DNA of 64,000 nucleotides, taken from Mycoplasmatota bacterium WC30 (GTDB taxonomy: Bacteria > Bacillota_I > Bacilli_A > Izemoplasmatales > Hujiaoplasmataceae). This document shows, piece by piece, positions 39,813 to 49,682 of the stretch. The position numbers were made by a program, and so were the translations under genes. The stretch is from the NCBI GenBank assembly GCA_046529635.1, contig CP134495.1, positions 1,694,556 through 1,758,555 of the forward strand, in the 5' to 3' direction. Under the pieces are notes generated by a model, which did no database searches, was not told where the DNA came from, and saw only the letters and a list, made by a program, of their open reading frames with translations. How positions within the stretch are numbered: position 1 is the first letter of the stretch; every line of letters starts with the position of its first letter.

Positions 39813-40316
39813 TTATTTTTTAAAAGAACTATAAAAATCTTCAAGTTCTTTATAATTATTAATTCTAATGACTTTTACGTTACTATTTTTGATAATGATT
39901 TCTATTCTTGGTTTAACATTTATCGCAAATTTTTTTACATATTCTATAAATTCGAGATCCATAATGCTATTGTCAAAACCAGGAACAATATCGTCTCTAG
40001 GTTCGTTGTTTTTTATTCTCTCTATTACATTGTTTAGACAAATTTCTGAATCAATATCTAAATATATGAGTGTGTCAGCTGATTCTAATCTTAATTCCAG
40101 AGTACCTGTGTAATTACCATCTATTATGTATTTTTCGTTTTGGTTTTGAAATTGTAGAATCTTGTTTTTTAATTCTTCTCTAGTAATTTGATGATAGTTA
40201 TCTATATGAAAAATCCTATCCAAATGTAATATAGGATAGTTCAGCAACTTACTGAGTATTTTTGAACAAGTAGATTTACCGCTACCTGGGCAGCCAATTA
40301 TAAGAATTTTTTCCAT
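39813..40316 (-). CDS. P-loop NTPase / adenylate-kinase-like (topology modulation protein FlaR-like)
   Basis: Walker A GCPGSGKST at the N-terminus. 167 aa. Confidence 0.6.
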   Translation of the reverse strand: MEKILIIGCPGSGKSTCSKILSKLLNYPILHLDRIFHIDNYHQITREELKNKILQFQNQNEKYIIDGNYTGTLELRLESADTLIYLDIDSEICLNNVIERIKNNEPRDDIVPGFDNSIMDLEFIEYVKKFAINVKPRIEIIIKNSNVKVIRINNYKELEDFYSSFKK

Positions 40317-40367
40317 GGTTACTCCTTTAATAAATAATCAAAAAGGCTATTTCTAGCCTTTTATTAA

Positions 40368-42059
40368 CTAAAGTTTTAAGTCTTCTACACTATCTAAATA
40401 TTCTTTGATAGGTGTAACAACTTTTTTAATTGTTCCATCTTTGAAAGGATTATCTAAACCCGCACTTTCAACTAAACCAGTGAATGGTTTTGACCCACCT
40501 AATTTACATAAAGCTAAATAACTAGCAAAAGCAGATTCGTGATTTTCACGAGATTTAATAAAATATTGGAAAGCACAAACTTGAGCTAATGTATAATCTA
40601 TATAGTAGAATGGTGAAGAGAATATATGCCCCTGTTTAAACCAATAAGTTCCTTTTTCCATGAAAGAGTCATCGCCATAGTCCTTGTATGGTAAATATTT
40701 CTTTTCAAGACTTCTCCAGGTAGATTTTCTTTCATCTGGAGTCATTTCAGGTTTTTCATATACTATATGTTGAAACTCATCTACTAAAACGCCATATGGC
40801 AAAAACGTTAAAGAAGAAGAAAGGTGTTGAAATTTAAACTTTTCTGTATCTTGAATAAAGAAGTTTTTCATCCATGGCCAAGTTATAAATTCCATACTCA
40901 TAGAGTGAATTTCACAAGCTTCAAGTGTTGGCCAACGGTAACTAGGAATTAAATCTTTTGATTGATAAACTTGAAAAGCATGCCCAGCTTCATGAGTTAA
41001 AACTGTTACATCGTGAGCTGTACCATTAAAATTAGCAAATATGTATGGTGTAGCGTATTTTGGTATAAATGTACACCAACCACCACCTGATTTTCCAGGT
41101 TTGGCATCTAATTCTAAAACATTCATATCTACCATTCTATGGAAAAACTTACCTGTTTCAGGTGACAACTCATCATACATTTTAATAGCTCTTTCGACTT
41201 GCCAAGCTCTATCACCTTGTGGCTTTGGATTACCTGATTTGAAAGATAAGGCTAAATCATATGATTTGTAATCAGCTATACCAATTCTTTTTGCTTTTCT
41301 ATCTGCTAAATCTTTAGCTAATGGAACTATGTGTTCATATACTTGGTCGCGATACTGTTTTACATCAGCTGCGTCGTAGTCTGTTCTACCTAGACGATCA
41401 TAGCCTAATTGTAAATAGTTTTTGTACCCTAATTTATGGGCTATTTCAGTTCTGATTTTTACCATTTCGTCATAGATTCTATCGATAGTTGTTTCATTTT
41501 CAGACATAAATCCTGAAACAGCTAATTGTGCTCTATGTCTTGTGTCTCTTTCGGGTTTTTGTAAAAACGGCCCCATTTGACTTAAATTATAGACTCCACC
41601 ATCAAATTCAATTTTTGCACTGGCTAATAATTTTGAATATTCAGTAGATAACTGATTTTCCTTTTGAAGGTCAGGGATTATTTCTGGCTTAAAAGTTTTC
41701 TGAGATAATTCAGTTTGTTTAAAAATTAGTTTTCCTAATTTTTTTTCTAAACCAACACGATTTTTAGATACTAAAAGTTTCTTATTAAATGCTTGGTAAG
41801 ATTCCTGAAGATTTGGTGAATTTAAATCAAAAAAATCTTGCTCTGATTCATAGAATTTATCAGTCGTATCGATTGCGTTTCTTATACTCGCAAGGTTTTC
41901 TAAAGTGTCAATTTCGTCCATCAAATCAAATACTTTTTGTATTGCTAATAGTTCTGTCTCTAAAGATTCAGATTCACCAATTAATGCAGTTAAATCTGCT
42001 AAATCCTTTTGAGTTTTTTCAATATCAGGTCTCTGATATTTAAAATCATTAAATTTCAT
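40368..42059 (-). CDS. pepF: oligoendopeptidase F (M3B family)
   Basis: HEAGHAFQ zinc motif. 563 aa. Confidence 0.8.
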   Translation of the reverse strand: MKFNDFKYQRPDIEKTQKDLADLTALIGESESLETELLAIQKVFDLMDEIDTLENLASIRNAIDTTDKFYESEQDFFDLNSPNLQESYQAFNKKLLVSKNRVGLEKKLGKLIFKQTELSQKTFKPEIIPDLQKENQLSTEYSKLLASAKIEFDGGVYNLSQMGPFLQKPERDTRHRAQLAVSGFMSENETTIDRIYDEMVKIRTEIAHKLGYKNYLQLGYDRLGRTDYDAADVKQYRDQVYEHIVPLAKDLADRKAKRIGIADYKSYDLALSFKSGNPKPQGDRAWQVERAIKMYDELSPETGKFFHRMVDMNVLELDAKPGKSGGGWCTFIPKYATPYIFANFNGTAHDVTVLTHEAGHAFQVYQSKDLIPSYRWPTLEACEIHSMSMEFITWPWMKNFFIQDTEKFKFQHLSSSLTFLPYGVLVDEFQHIVYEKPEMTPDERKSTWRSLEKKYLPYKDYGDDSFMEKGTYWFKQGHIFSSPFYYIDYTLAQVCAFQYFIKSRENHESAFASYLALCKLGGSKPFTGLVESAGLDNPFKDGTIKKVVTPIKEYLDSVEDLKL

Positions 42060-42178
42060 AATATACCTCTCTATCTTAACATTATTATTAGTCTATCATA
42101 ATTTCACTTAATACGCTAGCCCTCTACCTTAATATCTGATATAATATTATAAGATATTATATTTGATGGGGTGACAGT

Positions 42179-43000
42179 ATGGATAAGAAATTAATAGATA
42201 TTATGAAATACGAACAAAAGAACAAATATATGTTTGAGGGTGTAGACAAACTAGAACTGGTATATAAATTAATTGAATACATTGGTGATATGAATTCAGA
42301 AATTCGCGACTCTTTACTATACCCAAATATTGCTCATTTGTTACATGACAAGCATTTAACTAAAGAAGAACTTATTCAGATTACTGAGTTGTTAATTGGT
42401 GATGAATATTTAACTTATGATATGGAGAATAAAGAAAAGTATTCTGTATTAAAAAGGTCATTTACTACTCTTCAGTTAGTTATTCTTGTTTTTGTACATA
42501 ATCGAGATGATTTATATACATCTGAAATGCTTAATAGGATATTAAATACGTTTATTAACTACTACAAAAATGAAGCAATATTGATTGGATACAAAGAAGA
42601 AGTAGGGTGGCTACATTCAATAGCTCATGGGGCTGATTTCTTTGCTCAAATAGTGAAGTGGAAAGAAATTAGTGAGACGAGTTTGAGAACGATTTTTGAA
42701 GTCATTAGAGATAAATTCCTAATAGATTCATATAATTTTGTGTCTGACGAAGATGAAAGAACGGTTACCGCAATTGTCAATGCAATGAATAGAGAGATTT
42801 TGAAAGAAGAATTTTGGACCGATTGGGTAAAAGGATTTGATAATTATAAAAAACCAGAGACTTACCCTGAAATATATATCTATAAGAACAACAAGAAGAA
42901 TCTATTGAGGTCTTTATATTTTAGAATACTCAACGAGGAGAAAAATCAAGATTTAGTCAAATTATTAGAAGAAAAAATTAAAGAAATGGAGAAAAGATAA
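42179..43000 (+). CDS. hypothetical protein
   Basis: 273 aa with no transmembrane segments and no recognisable motif. Confidence 0.4.
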   Translation: MDKKLIDIMKYEQKNKYMFEGVDKLELVYKLIEYIGDMNSEIRDSLLYPNIAHLLHDKHLTKEELIQITELLIGDEYLTYDMENKEKYSVLKRSFTTLQLVILVFVHNRDDLYTSEMLNRILNTFINYYKNEAILIGYKEEVGWLHSIAHGADFFAQIVKWKEISETSLRTIFEVIRDKFLIDSYNFVSDEDERTVTAIVNAMNREILKEEFWTDWVKGFDNYKKPETYPEIYIYKNNKKNLLRSLYFRILNEEKNQDLVKLLEEKIKEMEKR

Positions 43001-43005
43001 AGCTT

Positions 43006-43569
43006 ATGAAAATTAAACTCGATTCTCCTTTTCCTTTAATTCATCCAAACCCAGTAGTGATTATTGGAACTAAATATAATGATAATGTTAATTTTACTAC
43101 GATAGGTGATGTGGCTGTTGCGGGGCTAAAGCCAGCTCTAGTAATGATTAGTTTACATGAAAATTATCTAAGTACATCTTATATAAAGAAAACAAATAAA
43201 TTTTCTATTAATATAGCCACTAAGGAAATATTACCATTCGTAGATTTCTGTGGAGTTGTATCTGGTAAGAACAGAGATAAATCTTTAGAAGTGAACTATA
43301 CACTTATTAATGATTTGCCTATAATAGATGACTCACCGATTAGTCTACTTGTTTGTGTGGAACATTCATACAAATATGAGCAAAGAGTTATAATGGTCTG
43401 TAGAGTTTTAGAAACTTATGTGGCCGAGGAGCTTATCAAAATGAACAAATTTGATTTATCATCCATTAACTCAGTTGTATATGGTTTGGACAATAAGTAC
43501 TATACTACAAATGATATAATTGGCGAAGGGTATTTCGAATATAAAAAACATAAAAAAAAGTGTGATTAA
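43006..43569 (+). CDS. flavin reductase-like domain protein
   Basis: NPVVIIGT motif near the N-terminus. 187 aa. Confidence 0.55.
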   Translation: MKIKLDSPFPLIHPNPVVIIGTKYNDNVNFTTIGDVAVAGLKPALVMISLHENYLSTSYIKKTNKFSINIATKEILPFVDFCGVVSGKNRDKSLEVNYTLINDLPIIDDSPISLLVCVEHSYKYEQRVIMVCRVLETYVAEELIKMNKFDLSSINSVVYGLDNKYYTTNDIIGEGYFEYKKHKKKCD

Positions 43570-43638
43570 GTTCACACTTTTCTTATACTTTATTAATAGT
43601 TAAAACTCTATTTATAAATATTTTTTAGTTTATAAAGA

Positions 43639-45675
43639 TTATACTAATCCAGACCCAAACAATGTAGCACAAACTAAACTAATTGTTGTCATTAATTTGA
43701 TCAAGATATCAATAGCTGGTCCAGCTGTATCTTTTAATGGATCACCTACGGTATCACCAGTAATACCTGCTTGATGAGCTAAACTTCCACGTCCTCCATT
43801 ATGTCCGGATTCAATATATTTTTTAGCATTATCCCAAGCACCACCAGCATTAGCCATAAATATAGCTAACATAATACCACTAATCAGTGTACCAGCTAGC
43901 ATTCCACCAAGAGCTTCAGCTCCAAATACGAATCCAACAACTAATGGAGTTCCGATAGCCAATAAAGCTGGGAATATCATTTCTTTTAGAGCTGCATCAG
44001 TTGAAATCTTAACGCATTCTGCGTAATCAGGTTTACCTGTTCCTTCTAGGATACCAGGTATATCTCTGAATTGCCTTCTAACTTCATCAATCATCTTATT
44101 AGCTGCTCTACCAACACTCTTAATAGTAAGTGAACTAAATAGGAAGGCCAACATACCGCCAATCATTAATCCAGCAATTACATTTGGTTTAGTGATATCA
44201 ATACCGGTTAAACCAGCCGCTTGAGTAAATGCACTGAATAATGCTAAAGCAGTTAATGCAGCACTACCAATTGCGAAACCTTTTGCGATAGCAGCAGTAG
44301 TATTACCAACGCTATCTAATTTATCAGTAATTTCTCTAACTTCTTTATCCATATTAGCCATTTGAGCAATACCACCAGCATTATCTGCAATTGGTCCATA
44401 AGCATCTACTGATACTGTCATACCAGCCGTTCCTAACATTCCAACAGCTGCTAAACCAATTCCATATAGTCCTCCGAAGTAGAAAGCAAAAACAGTTCCT
44501 ACAGCAATCATAATAACTGGAAAAGCAGTACTCTGCATTCCTGTTGCAATACCACTAATAATATTAGTTGCATGTCCAGTTTCTGATTGTTTAGCTATTT
44601 CTTTAACAAAACGATATTCAGAAGCAGTGTAATATTCACTAACAAAAGCAATAAATAATCCAACAGCTAAACCAATTATAACTGAAATAAATGGTCCATA
44701 TAAATAATCTAAATGAGAAGTATTAAATATACCTTTTGAAACAAAATACCAGTTAAGTATCAATACAATTAAAACGAATAATCCAGCACTGGTATAGGTC
44801 CCTAGTTTTAATGCTTTGTGTGGATTTGAACCTTTTTTCCCTTTAACAAATAGAGTACCAATAATTGATGATAAAATACCAAATCCGGCAACGATCAAAA
44901 CAAAGATAACACCTTCAACGTTAAACCATAAAGCACCAATTGTTGCTGCACCAATTATGGAACTAACATATGACTCTAAAAGGTCACTACCCATACCGGC
45001 TACATCACCAACATTATCACCAACATTATCAGCAATAACTGCTGGATTTCTTGCATCATCTTCAGGAATCCCTGCCTCAATTTTCCCTACTAAATCTGCA
45101 CCAACGTCAGCGGCTTTAGTAAAAATTCCACCACCAACTCGACTAAATAACGCAATACTAGAAGCACCTAAACTATAACCAGCAGCAATTTCAACTGCGT
45201 GGTAAGCCTCGATATCTAAACCTTGGTTTGCGATTGTAAATACGATTATTACTCCTAACAATCCAAAACCAACAACACACATTCCCATTACAGCTCCGCC
45301 TTTAAAGGCAACACCTAATGCTCTTTGCATTCCGTGATGTTGTGCTGCAGTGGCAGTTCTTGAATTTGATTCAGTTGCACTTTTCATACCGATTAATCCG
45401 GCTGAAGCACTGAATACTGCCCCTAGAACGAAAGCTAAAGCGCTTTGTAGCCCTAAAGGTGAAATCCAAATTACAAAAAACGCAATAAATACAAAAATTA
45501 TGATAATCAAGTATTCACGTCTGATAAAGGCATTTGCGCCTTCTTTAATATAGCCAGAAATTCTAACTACATCTTCATCTCCTGTTGGAGATTGTAAAAC
45601 TTTACGGTAAAGAAAAAATGCATAAATGATAGCTAGTAAGCTTAAACCAAATGCAATGTAAATTAAATATGTCAT
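43639..45675 (-). CDS. hppA: membrane-bound proton-translocating inorganic pyrophosphatase
   Basis: 678 aa polytopic protein with H+-PPase motifs GGIFTKAADVGADLVGK and DNVGDNVGD. Confidence 0.9.
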   Translation of the reverse strand: MTYLIYIAFGLSLLAIIYAFFLYRKVLQSPTGDEDVVRISGYIKEGANAFIRREYLIIIIFVFIAFFVIWISPLGLQSALAFVLGAVFSASAGLIGMKSATESNSRTATAAQHHGMQRALGVAFKGGAVMGMCVVGFGLLGVIIVFTIANQGLDIEAYHAVEIAAGYSLGASSIALFSRVGGGIFTKAADVGADLVGKIEAGIPEDDARNPAVIADNVGDNVGDVAGMGSDLLESYVSSIIGAATIGALWFNVEGVIFVLIVAGFGILSSIIGTLFVKGKKGSNPHKALKLGTYTSAGLFVLIVLILNWYFVSKGIFNTSHLDYLYGPFISVIIGLAVGLFIAFVSEYYTASEYRFVKEIAKQSETGHATNIISGIATGMQSTAFPVIMIAVGTVFAFYFGGLYGIGLAAVGMLGTAGMTVSVDAYGPIADNAGGIAQMANMDKEVREITDKLDSVGNTTAAIAKGFAIGSAALTALALFSAFTQAAGLTGIDITKPNVIAGLMIGGMLAFLFSSLTIKSVGRAANKMIDEVRRQFRDIPGILEGTGKPDYAECVKISTDAALKEMIFPALLAIGTPLVVGFVFGAEALGGMLAGTLISGIMLAIFMANAGGAWDNAKKYIESGHNGGRGSLAHQAGITGDTVGDPLKDTAGPAIDILIKLMTTISLVCATLFGSGLV

Positions 45676-45818
45676 GTTCTCCCCCTAAACAATTTAATTA
45701 TTTTACATATTGTAACAAAATGAAGCATCTATTTCAATAGGTTTATCAAAAAAATATGAATATTTGTTCATATTTGTATTTTGATATGAAAAAAGCGATA
45801 AAAAATCTATCGTTTTTT

Positions 45819-46235
45819 TCAATCCCCTATTATTTTTATTAAAACTCTTTTATTTCTTAAACCGTCAAATTCTCCATAAAATATTTGTTCCCACGGCCCA
45901 AAATCAAGTTCGCCATTAGTTATTGCACAAACTACTTCCCTACCGAAAAGCTGTCTTTTTATATGTGCATCTGCGTTGTCTTCATAGCCGTTATGAAGGT
46001 ATTGACTGTGCGGCTTTTCAGGAGCAATGCTTTCTAAAAATTTGTCAAAATCTTGATGCAAACCTTTCTCATCATCGTTAATAAAAACTGAAGCAGTAAT
46101 ATGCATCGCATTAACTAAAACAAACCCTTCTGAGATGGCGCTTTCATTGATAGCTTCCTCAACCAATGGAGTGATGTTTATGAATTCTCTTCTTTTTGTT
46201 GTTTTGAACCATAATTCTTTACGATAAGATTTCAT
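45819..46235 (-). CDS. yjbQ: YjbQ-family (secondary thiamine-phosphate synthase-like) protein
   Basis: 138 aa with the UPF0047 pattern (HITASV...). Confidence 0.6.
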   Translation of the reverse strand: MKSYRKELWFKTTKRREFINITPLVEEAINESAISEGFVLVNAMHITASVFINDDEKGLHQDFDKFLESIAPEKPHSQYLHNGYEDNADAHIKRQLFGREVVCAITNGELDFGPWEQIFYGEFDGLRNKRVLIKIIGD

Positions 46236-46911
46236 TAGACTCTCCTTTTTTTGATTTGATTTTTGATAGAGTAAGGATTAATCCTAGTGCAATTGAAAGA
46301 AAACCAGCCATTAAGACTCGGTAGTTTTCTGGTAACATAAATGTGATTGTATGAGCTGGAATCCAAAATAATGGAATCGTTTTAAATATGACAAATCCAA
46401 AAAAGGGCTTCCATTCAATATTATCGATTATTTCATTAACTGAAATCTTAGCTTTTTTCTTGATTTTTAAATCTATAAAAGTATCAGTAATTCTATGCAA
46501 GATCATAAAAGTAGGTGCAAAAATGATATTCAGTATCAGACTAATCAAAAAAGCCCTATATAGGTTACTTATAAATCCTGTGCCGGAAACATTAGGAAGA
46601 AGATTTGAATTCATTGCTTCAGTAACTCCCGAAGCAAAAACTTTAAACATTAAAACAAATCCCATACCAAGAATTCCCCAAATAAAGAATCTAGGAAGTA
46701 TACCTTTTCTAGAAAGATATTTGCCAGATGATATTCTATTGGCTAGCATTTCTCCCATTGAAGCCAAAATTGATGTCTTCAAGAAACCCATCAAATAAGG
46801 AAAACTTTCAGTTAGGGATTCGAATCCTTCTCTAGTAAACGGAATAATAAAAATACTAATAATTAATAAAAAAATTGATATAAAAATCAAATCAGATTTT
46901 TTCATAAGCAC
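46219..46911 (-). CDS. hypothetical membrane protein
   Basis: 230 aa with about 6 TM. Overlaps the yjbQ start by 17 nt. Confidence 0.45.
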   Translation of the reverse strand: MLMKKSDLIFISIFLLIISIFIIPFTREGFESLTESFPYLMGFLKTSILASMGEMLANRISSGKYLSRKGILPRFFIWGILGMGFVLMFKVFASGVTEAMNSNLLPNVSGTGFISNLYRAFLISLILNIIFAPTFMILHRITDTFIDLKIKKKAKISVNEIIDNIEWKPFFGFVIFKTIPLFWIPAHTITFMLPENYRVLMAGFLSIALGLILTLSKIKSKKGESNEILS

Positions 46912-47011
46912 CTCCGTCTGTTTAAAATATTATATCATGAAATCTCAGAAAACAAGCGAATACTAAAAAACATTTGAATTTGTTTTTAGATATTGTATAA
47001 TTTTATTATAT

Positions 47012-47740
47012 ATGGAGGACGTAATGGAAAAGTTAAAGAAATTTTTAGAAAACAACCCGCAAGCAAAAATTTTAGATGTCGGTACGGGTAGAGGAAATTT
47101 TATTGGATTGATTGATCACTTGTACAAAGATTATGAAAAAATAGTTGGTATTGATATTCTAGGCAAAGCAGTTGAGATGGCAAGTAAATATTTTGAAGAT
47201 AACGGGAAAATTGAAATTATCGAAAAAGATATTATAAATACCGGATTTCCAAAAGAACATTTTGATATTGTTTGTTTATCTAATTCCCTTCATCATTTAG
47301 ATGATATTTTAGGAAGATTTAAATCAATGGAAACTTTGGTTAAACCTGGAGGGTATTTATTATTTAATGAAATGATGAAAGACAACCTAAACAAAAAACA
47401 GATCAGTCATAAGCTTATACATCATTTTAGTGCTAAACTTGATCGAGAAATGGGAATGACTCACAATGATACTTATAACAGACAAGAAATCATTGACGTT
47501 ATTAAAGCAAACTCAAAATTTGATTTTGTGGATGCTTGGGACATGGAGGTTCCAACAGAGGATGCCTCAAAGGCTGAAATTGAAGGAATGATCAAAACCG
47601 TCGATATGTTACTCAGTCGTTTAAACGATGAAAAGTTGATAATGACTCATACTGCAGAGGCAGAAGAAATAAAACAATATATTAAGGAAAACGGGATTCA
47701 AGCTTGTACTCAACTTTTAGTAGTACTTAAAAAAGCATAA
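47012..47740 (+). CDS. class I SAM-dependent methyltransferase
   Basis: Motif I ILDVGTGRGNF. Confidence 0.65.
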   Translation: MEDVMEKLKKFLENNPQAKILDVGTGRGNFIGLIDHLYKDYEKIVGIDILGKAVEMASKYFEDNGKIEIIEKDIINTGFPKEHFDIVCLSNSLHHLDDILGRFKSMETLVKPGGYLLFNEMMKDNLNKKQISHKLIHHFSAKLDREMGMTHNDTYNRQEIIDVIKANSKFDFVDAWDMEVPTEDASKAEIEGMIKTVDMLLSRLNDEKLIMTHTAEAEEIKQYIKENGIQACTQLLVVLKKA

Positions 47741-47777
47741 AAATATAAGTCATTTCGATTGAAATGACTTATTATAT

Positions 47778-48656
47778 TTATTTGATGGTTTCATACATAT
47801 TTTCAGCTATGTTAACAATTGAAACTATATATTCCTTTAAACTCTCAAAATCACTTTTAGTTAATTTCTTGATTTTCCTAAATTTATGATAACCATGTAA
47901 AGCAACATGAACATCACCACCTATACCTGATAAGAAAACTGGCATCTTACTAGTGTGTAGTTTTTTATATAAGGTATAGTATTTTTTCGGGATATCTTTA
48001 GTTTGACCTTCTTCAACATATTCTTTGATATCACTATCAAAATTGACTTTGACCATCTTTCTATTTTTTAACCTAGGTCTACCCTTAGATCTTAATTGGA
48101 AAGTATTATCAGGCCTAATACCTAAGATAAAATACAAACCATCGATGTGAATAATAGTTGACTTGTTAACTTGAGTATAAATATACGTATCATAGATGGT
48201 AGTATTGTAGCCACCTTTACTTGTAAAGTTTAGTTTATATCTTAAATATCTACCGTTACCCAAAGGAAATAATCCTCCCTCTACAATAAACTCTTTATCT
48301 TTAAGAAAAGCTTTAATTGAAATATTTGTATTTTGATTTAGATTTATGTCTTCGACAGCTTTTTTATATAGAAAATTAAACAGAGGTTTGTTACTGTGAA
48401 ATACAAAATTCAATATTACTAGGGTTATAATTAATAATCCTGTGATTCCTGAAAGAATATAAAAAGCAATTATAATTCCATTATTGGACAAGTTTGTACC
48501 TAACAAAAAAGCGATAACAGAAACAACTAGAAATGAAACAGTTATAATTGTCATAATTTTCATAGTTTTTTTCTTTTCAATTATTTGTAATTCTTCGTAG
48601 TCGTTTAATATATAATTAAAACCTGTATCATTATAATTTTCCATAATAACCTCCAA
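47778..48656 (-). CDS. hypothetical membrane-anchored protein
   Basis: Two N-terminal TM helices followed by a soluble 200-aa domain. Confidence 0.45.
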   Translation of the reverse strand: MEVIMENYNDTGFNYILNDYEELQIIEKKKTMKIMTIITVSFLVVSVIAFLLGTNLSNNGIIIAFYILSGITGLLIITLVILNFVFHSNKPLFNFLYKKAVEDINLNQNTNISIKAFLKDKEFIVEGGLFPLGNGRYLRYKLNFTSKGGYNTTIYDTYIYTQVNKSTIIHIDGLYFILGIRPDNTFQLRSKGRPRLKNRKMVKVNFDSDIKEYVEEGQTKDIPKKYYTLYKKLHTSKMPVFLSGIGGDVHVALHGYHKFRKIKKLTKSDFESLKEYIVSIVNIAENMYETIK

Positions 48657-49252
48657 TTACATTTATAGTATATCACATGATATTTTATAAACACGGTATC
48701 AATTTTTTTTAAAATTACAATATGTGTAAAAACACAAATACATTTTGTGCTTATATTTTTATATTATCAGAGTTAATATTGATTTAAATCAGTATAACTA
48801 TAATTTCCTACAGAATTATTAAATTTTTTAGTGTATAAATATTTGCTAAACATATGTAAATAAAGTGATATTTTTAAATTATGAATCTGTGTTGTGTTTT
48901 AGAGATCAATACGATATAATAATTAAAAAATAAAAATTTAAATAAAATTGCTGTATTACTTGGATGAAAAGAAAAAAAGCAGATTTTTTGCCTTCTTTAA
49001 AAGTAGATTTAAGCTAATGTTGTTTAAACATAGAAAAAGACAAATTAAAAAATTAATTTATCTTTTACATTTCATTATTTTTTTAGGGTGTTACCTTACT
49101 GAATAATCAATTCAACAATATGAACTTGACTTCATCTGATTGAATTATTACCTAATTGGCAAAATATTTCAAAGTTCAAATTTTAATATGGAAGTGTAGA
49201 TTTATTGTTTTATGATATAATTAATGATATATGTTCTATAATAAAACTATAA

Positions 49253-49603
49253 TTAAAGGATTTCATTTTGAATAAATTCAGGTTCGCCAGAATCTTCAAA
49301 ATCGAAATGTTTATGAATCATAGGTATTCTTGAACGAAGAAGCAAAATATATTCAGGTTCACCAGAGTCTTCAAAATCTAATAATAATATATATTCAGGT
49401 TCGCCAGAGTCTTCAAAATCTAATAATAAAATATATTCAGGTTCGCCAGAATCTTCAAAATCTAATAATAATATATACTCAGGTTCGCCAGAGTCTTCAA
49501 AATCTAAAAGAGCAGTTGTGTTCACTTCGTTAATATCTTGTGCATTAACTGTGAAAAATCCAATTCCAAATAACATAACAAATAATAATATAATTTTTTT
49601 CAT
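49253..49603 (-). CDS. small secreted tandem-repeat protein (4 copies of LLDFEDSGEPEYIL plus one degenerate copy)
   Basis: Signal peptide MKKIILLFVMLFGIGFFTVNA. The 14-aa repeats are encoded by 42-bp tandem repeats. Divergent from the Rgg-like regulator gene. Confidence 0.6.
   Translation of the reverse strand: MKKIILLFVMLFGIGFFTVNAQDINEVNTTALLDFEDSGEPEYILLLDFEDSGEPEYILLLDFEDSGEPEYILLLDFEDSGEPEYILLLRSRIPMIHKHFDFEDSGEPEFIQNEIL
49349..49516. repeat. 42-bp in-frame tandem repeat, 4 near-identical units (plus a degenerate copy at about 49274-49306)
   Basis: Unit atattcaggttcgccagagtcttcaaaatctaataataa(a/t)at recurs with period 42 at 49349, 49391, 49433 and 49475. Confidence 0.9.
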
Positions 49604-49682
49604 TTAATTCACCTCACATATATAATACTTTTTTTGATTTAAGTTATACAGCGCATATATGTCACACTTAAAGGAAAACACT

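Noticed and set aside
39807-40113. Two plus-strand ORFs (76 and 81 aa) inside the P-loop kinase gene
   Set aside because: Shadow ORFs with Phe/Ile-rich AT-driven composition. The minus-strand gene has a clear Walker A motif.
44816-45553. Plus-strand ORFs of 120 and 67 aa inside hppA
   Set aside because: They are contained in the strongly supported pyrophosphatase gene on the opposite strand.
46388-46798. 136-aa plus-strand ORF competing with the minus-strand membrane protein 46219..46911
   Set aside because: The minus-strand ORF is longer, has coherent TM helices, and overlaps the yjbQ start in operon fashion. The plus-strand product is low complexity.
49060-49140. Imperfect inverted repeat (gaataatcaattcaa ... 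ttgaattattac) downstream of the repeat-protein gene
   Set aside because: Too many mismatches and no T-run. It cannot be supported as a terminator or a transposon end.
49349-49516. Possibility that the 42-bp repeats are a CRISPR array
   Set aside because: The repeats are directly tandem with no spacers. They lie in frame inside a CDS with a signal peptide, and there are no cas genes anywhere in the window.
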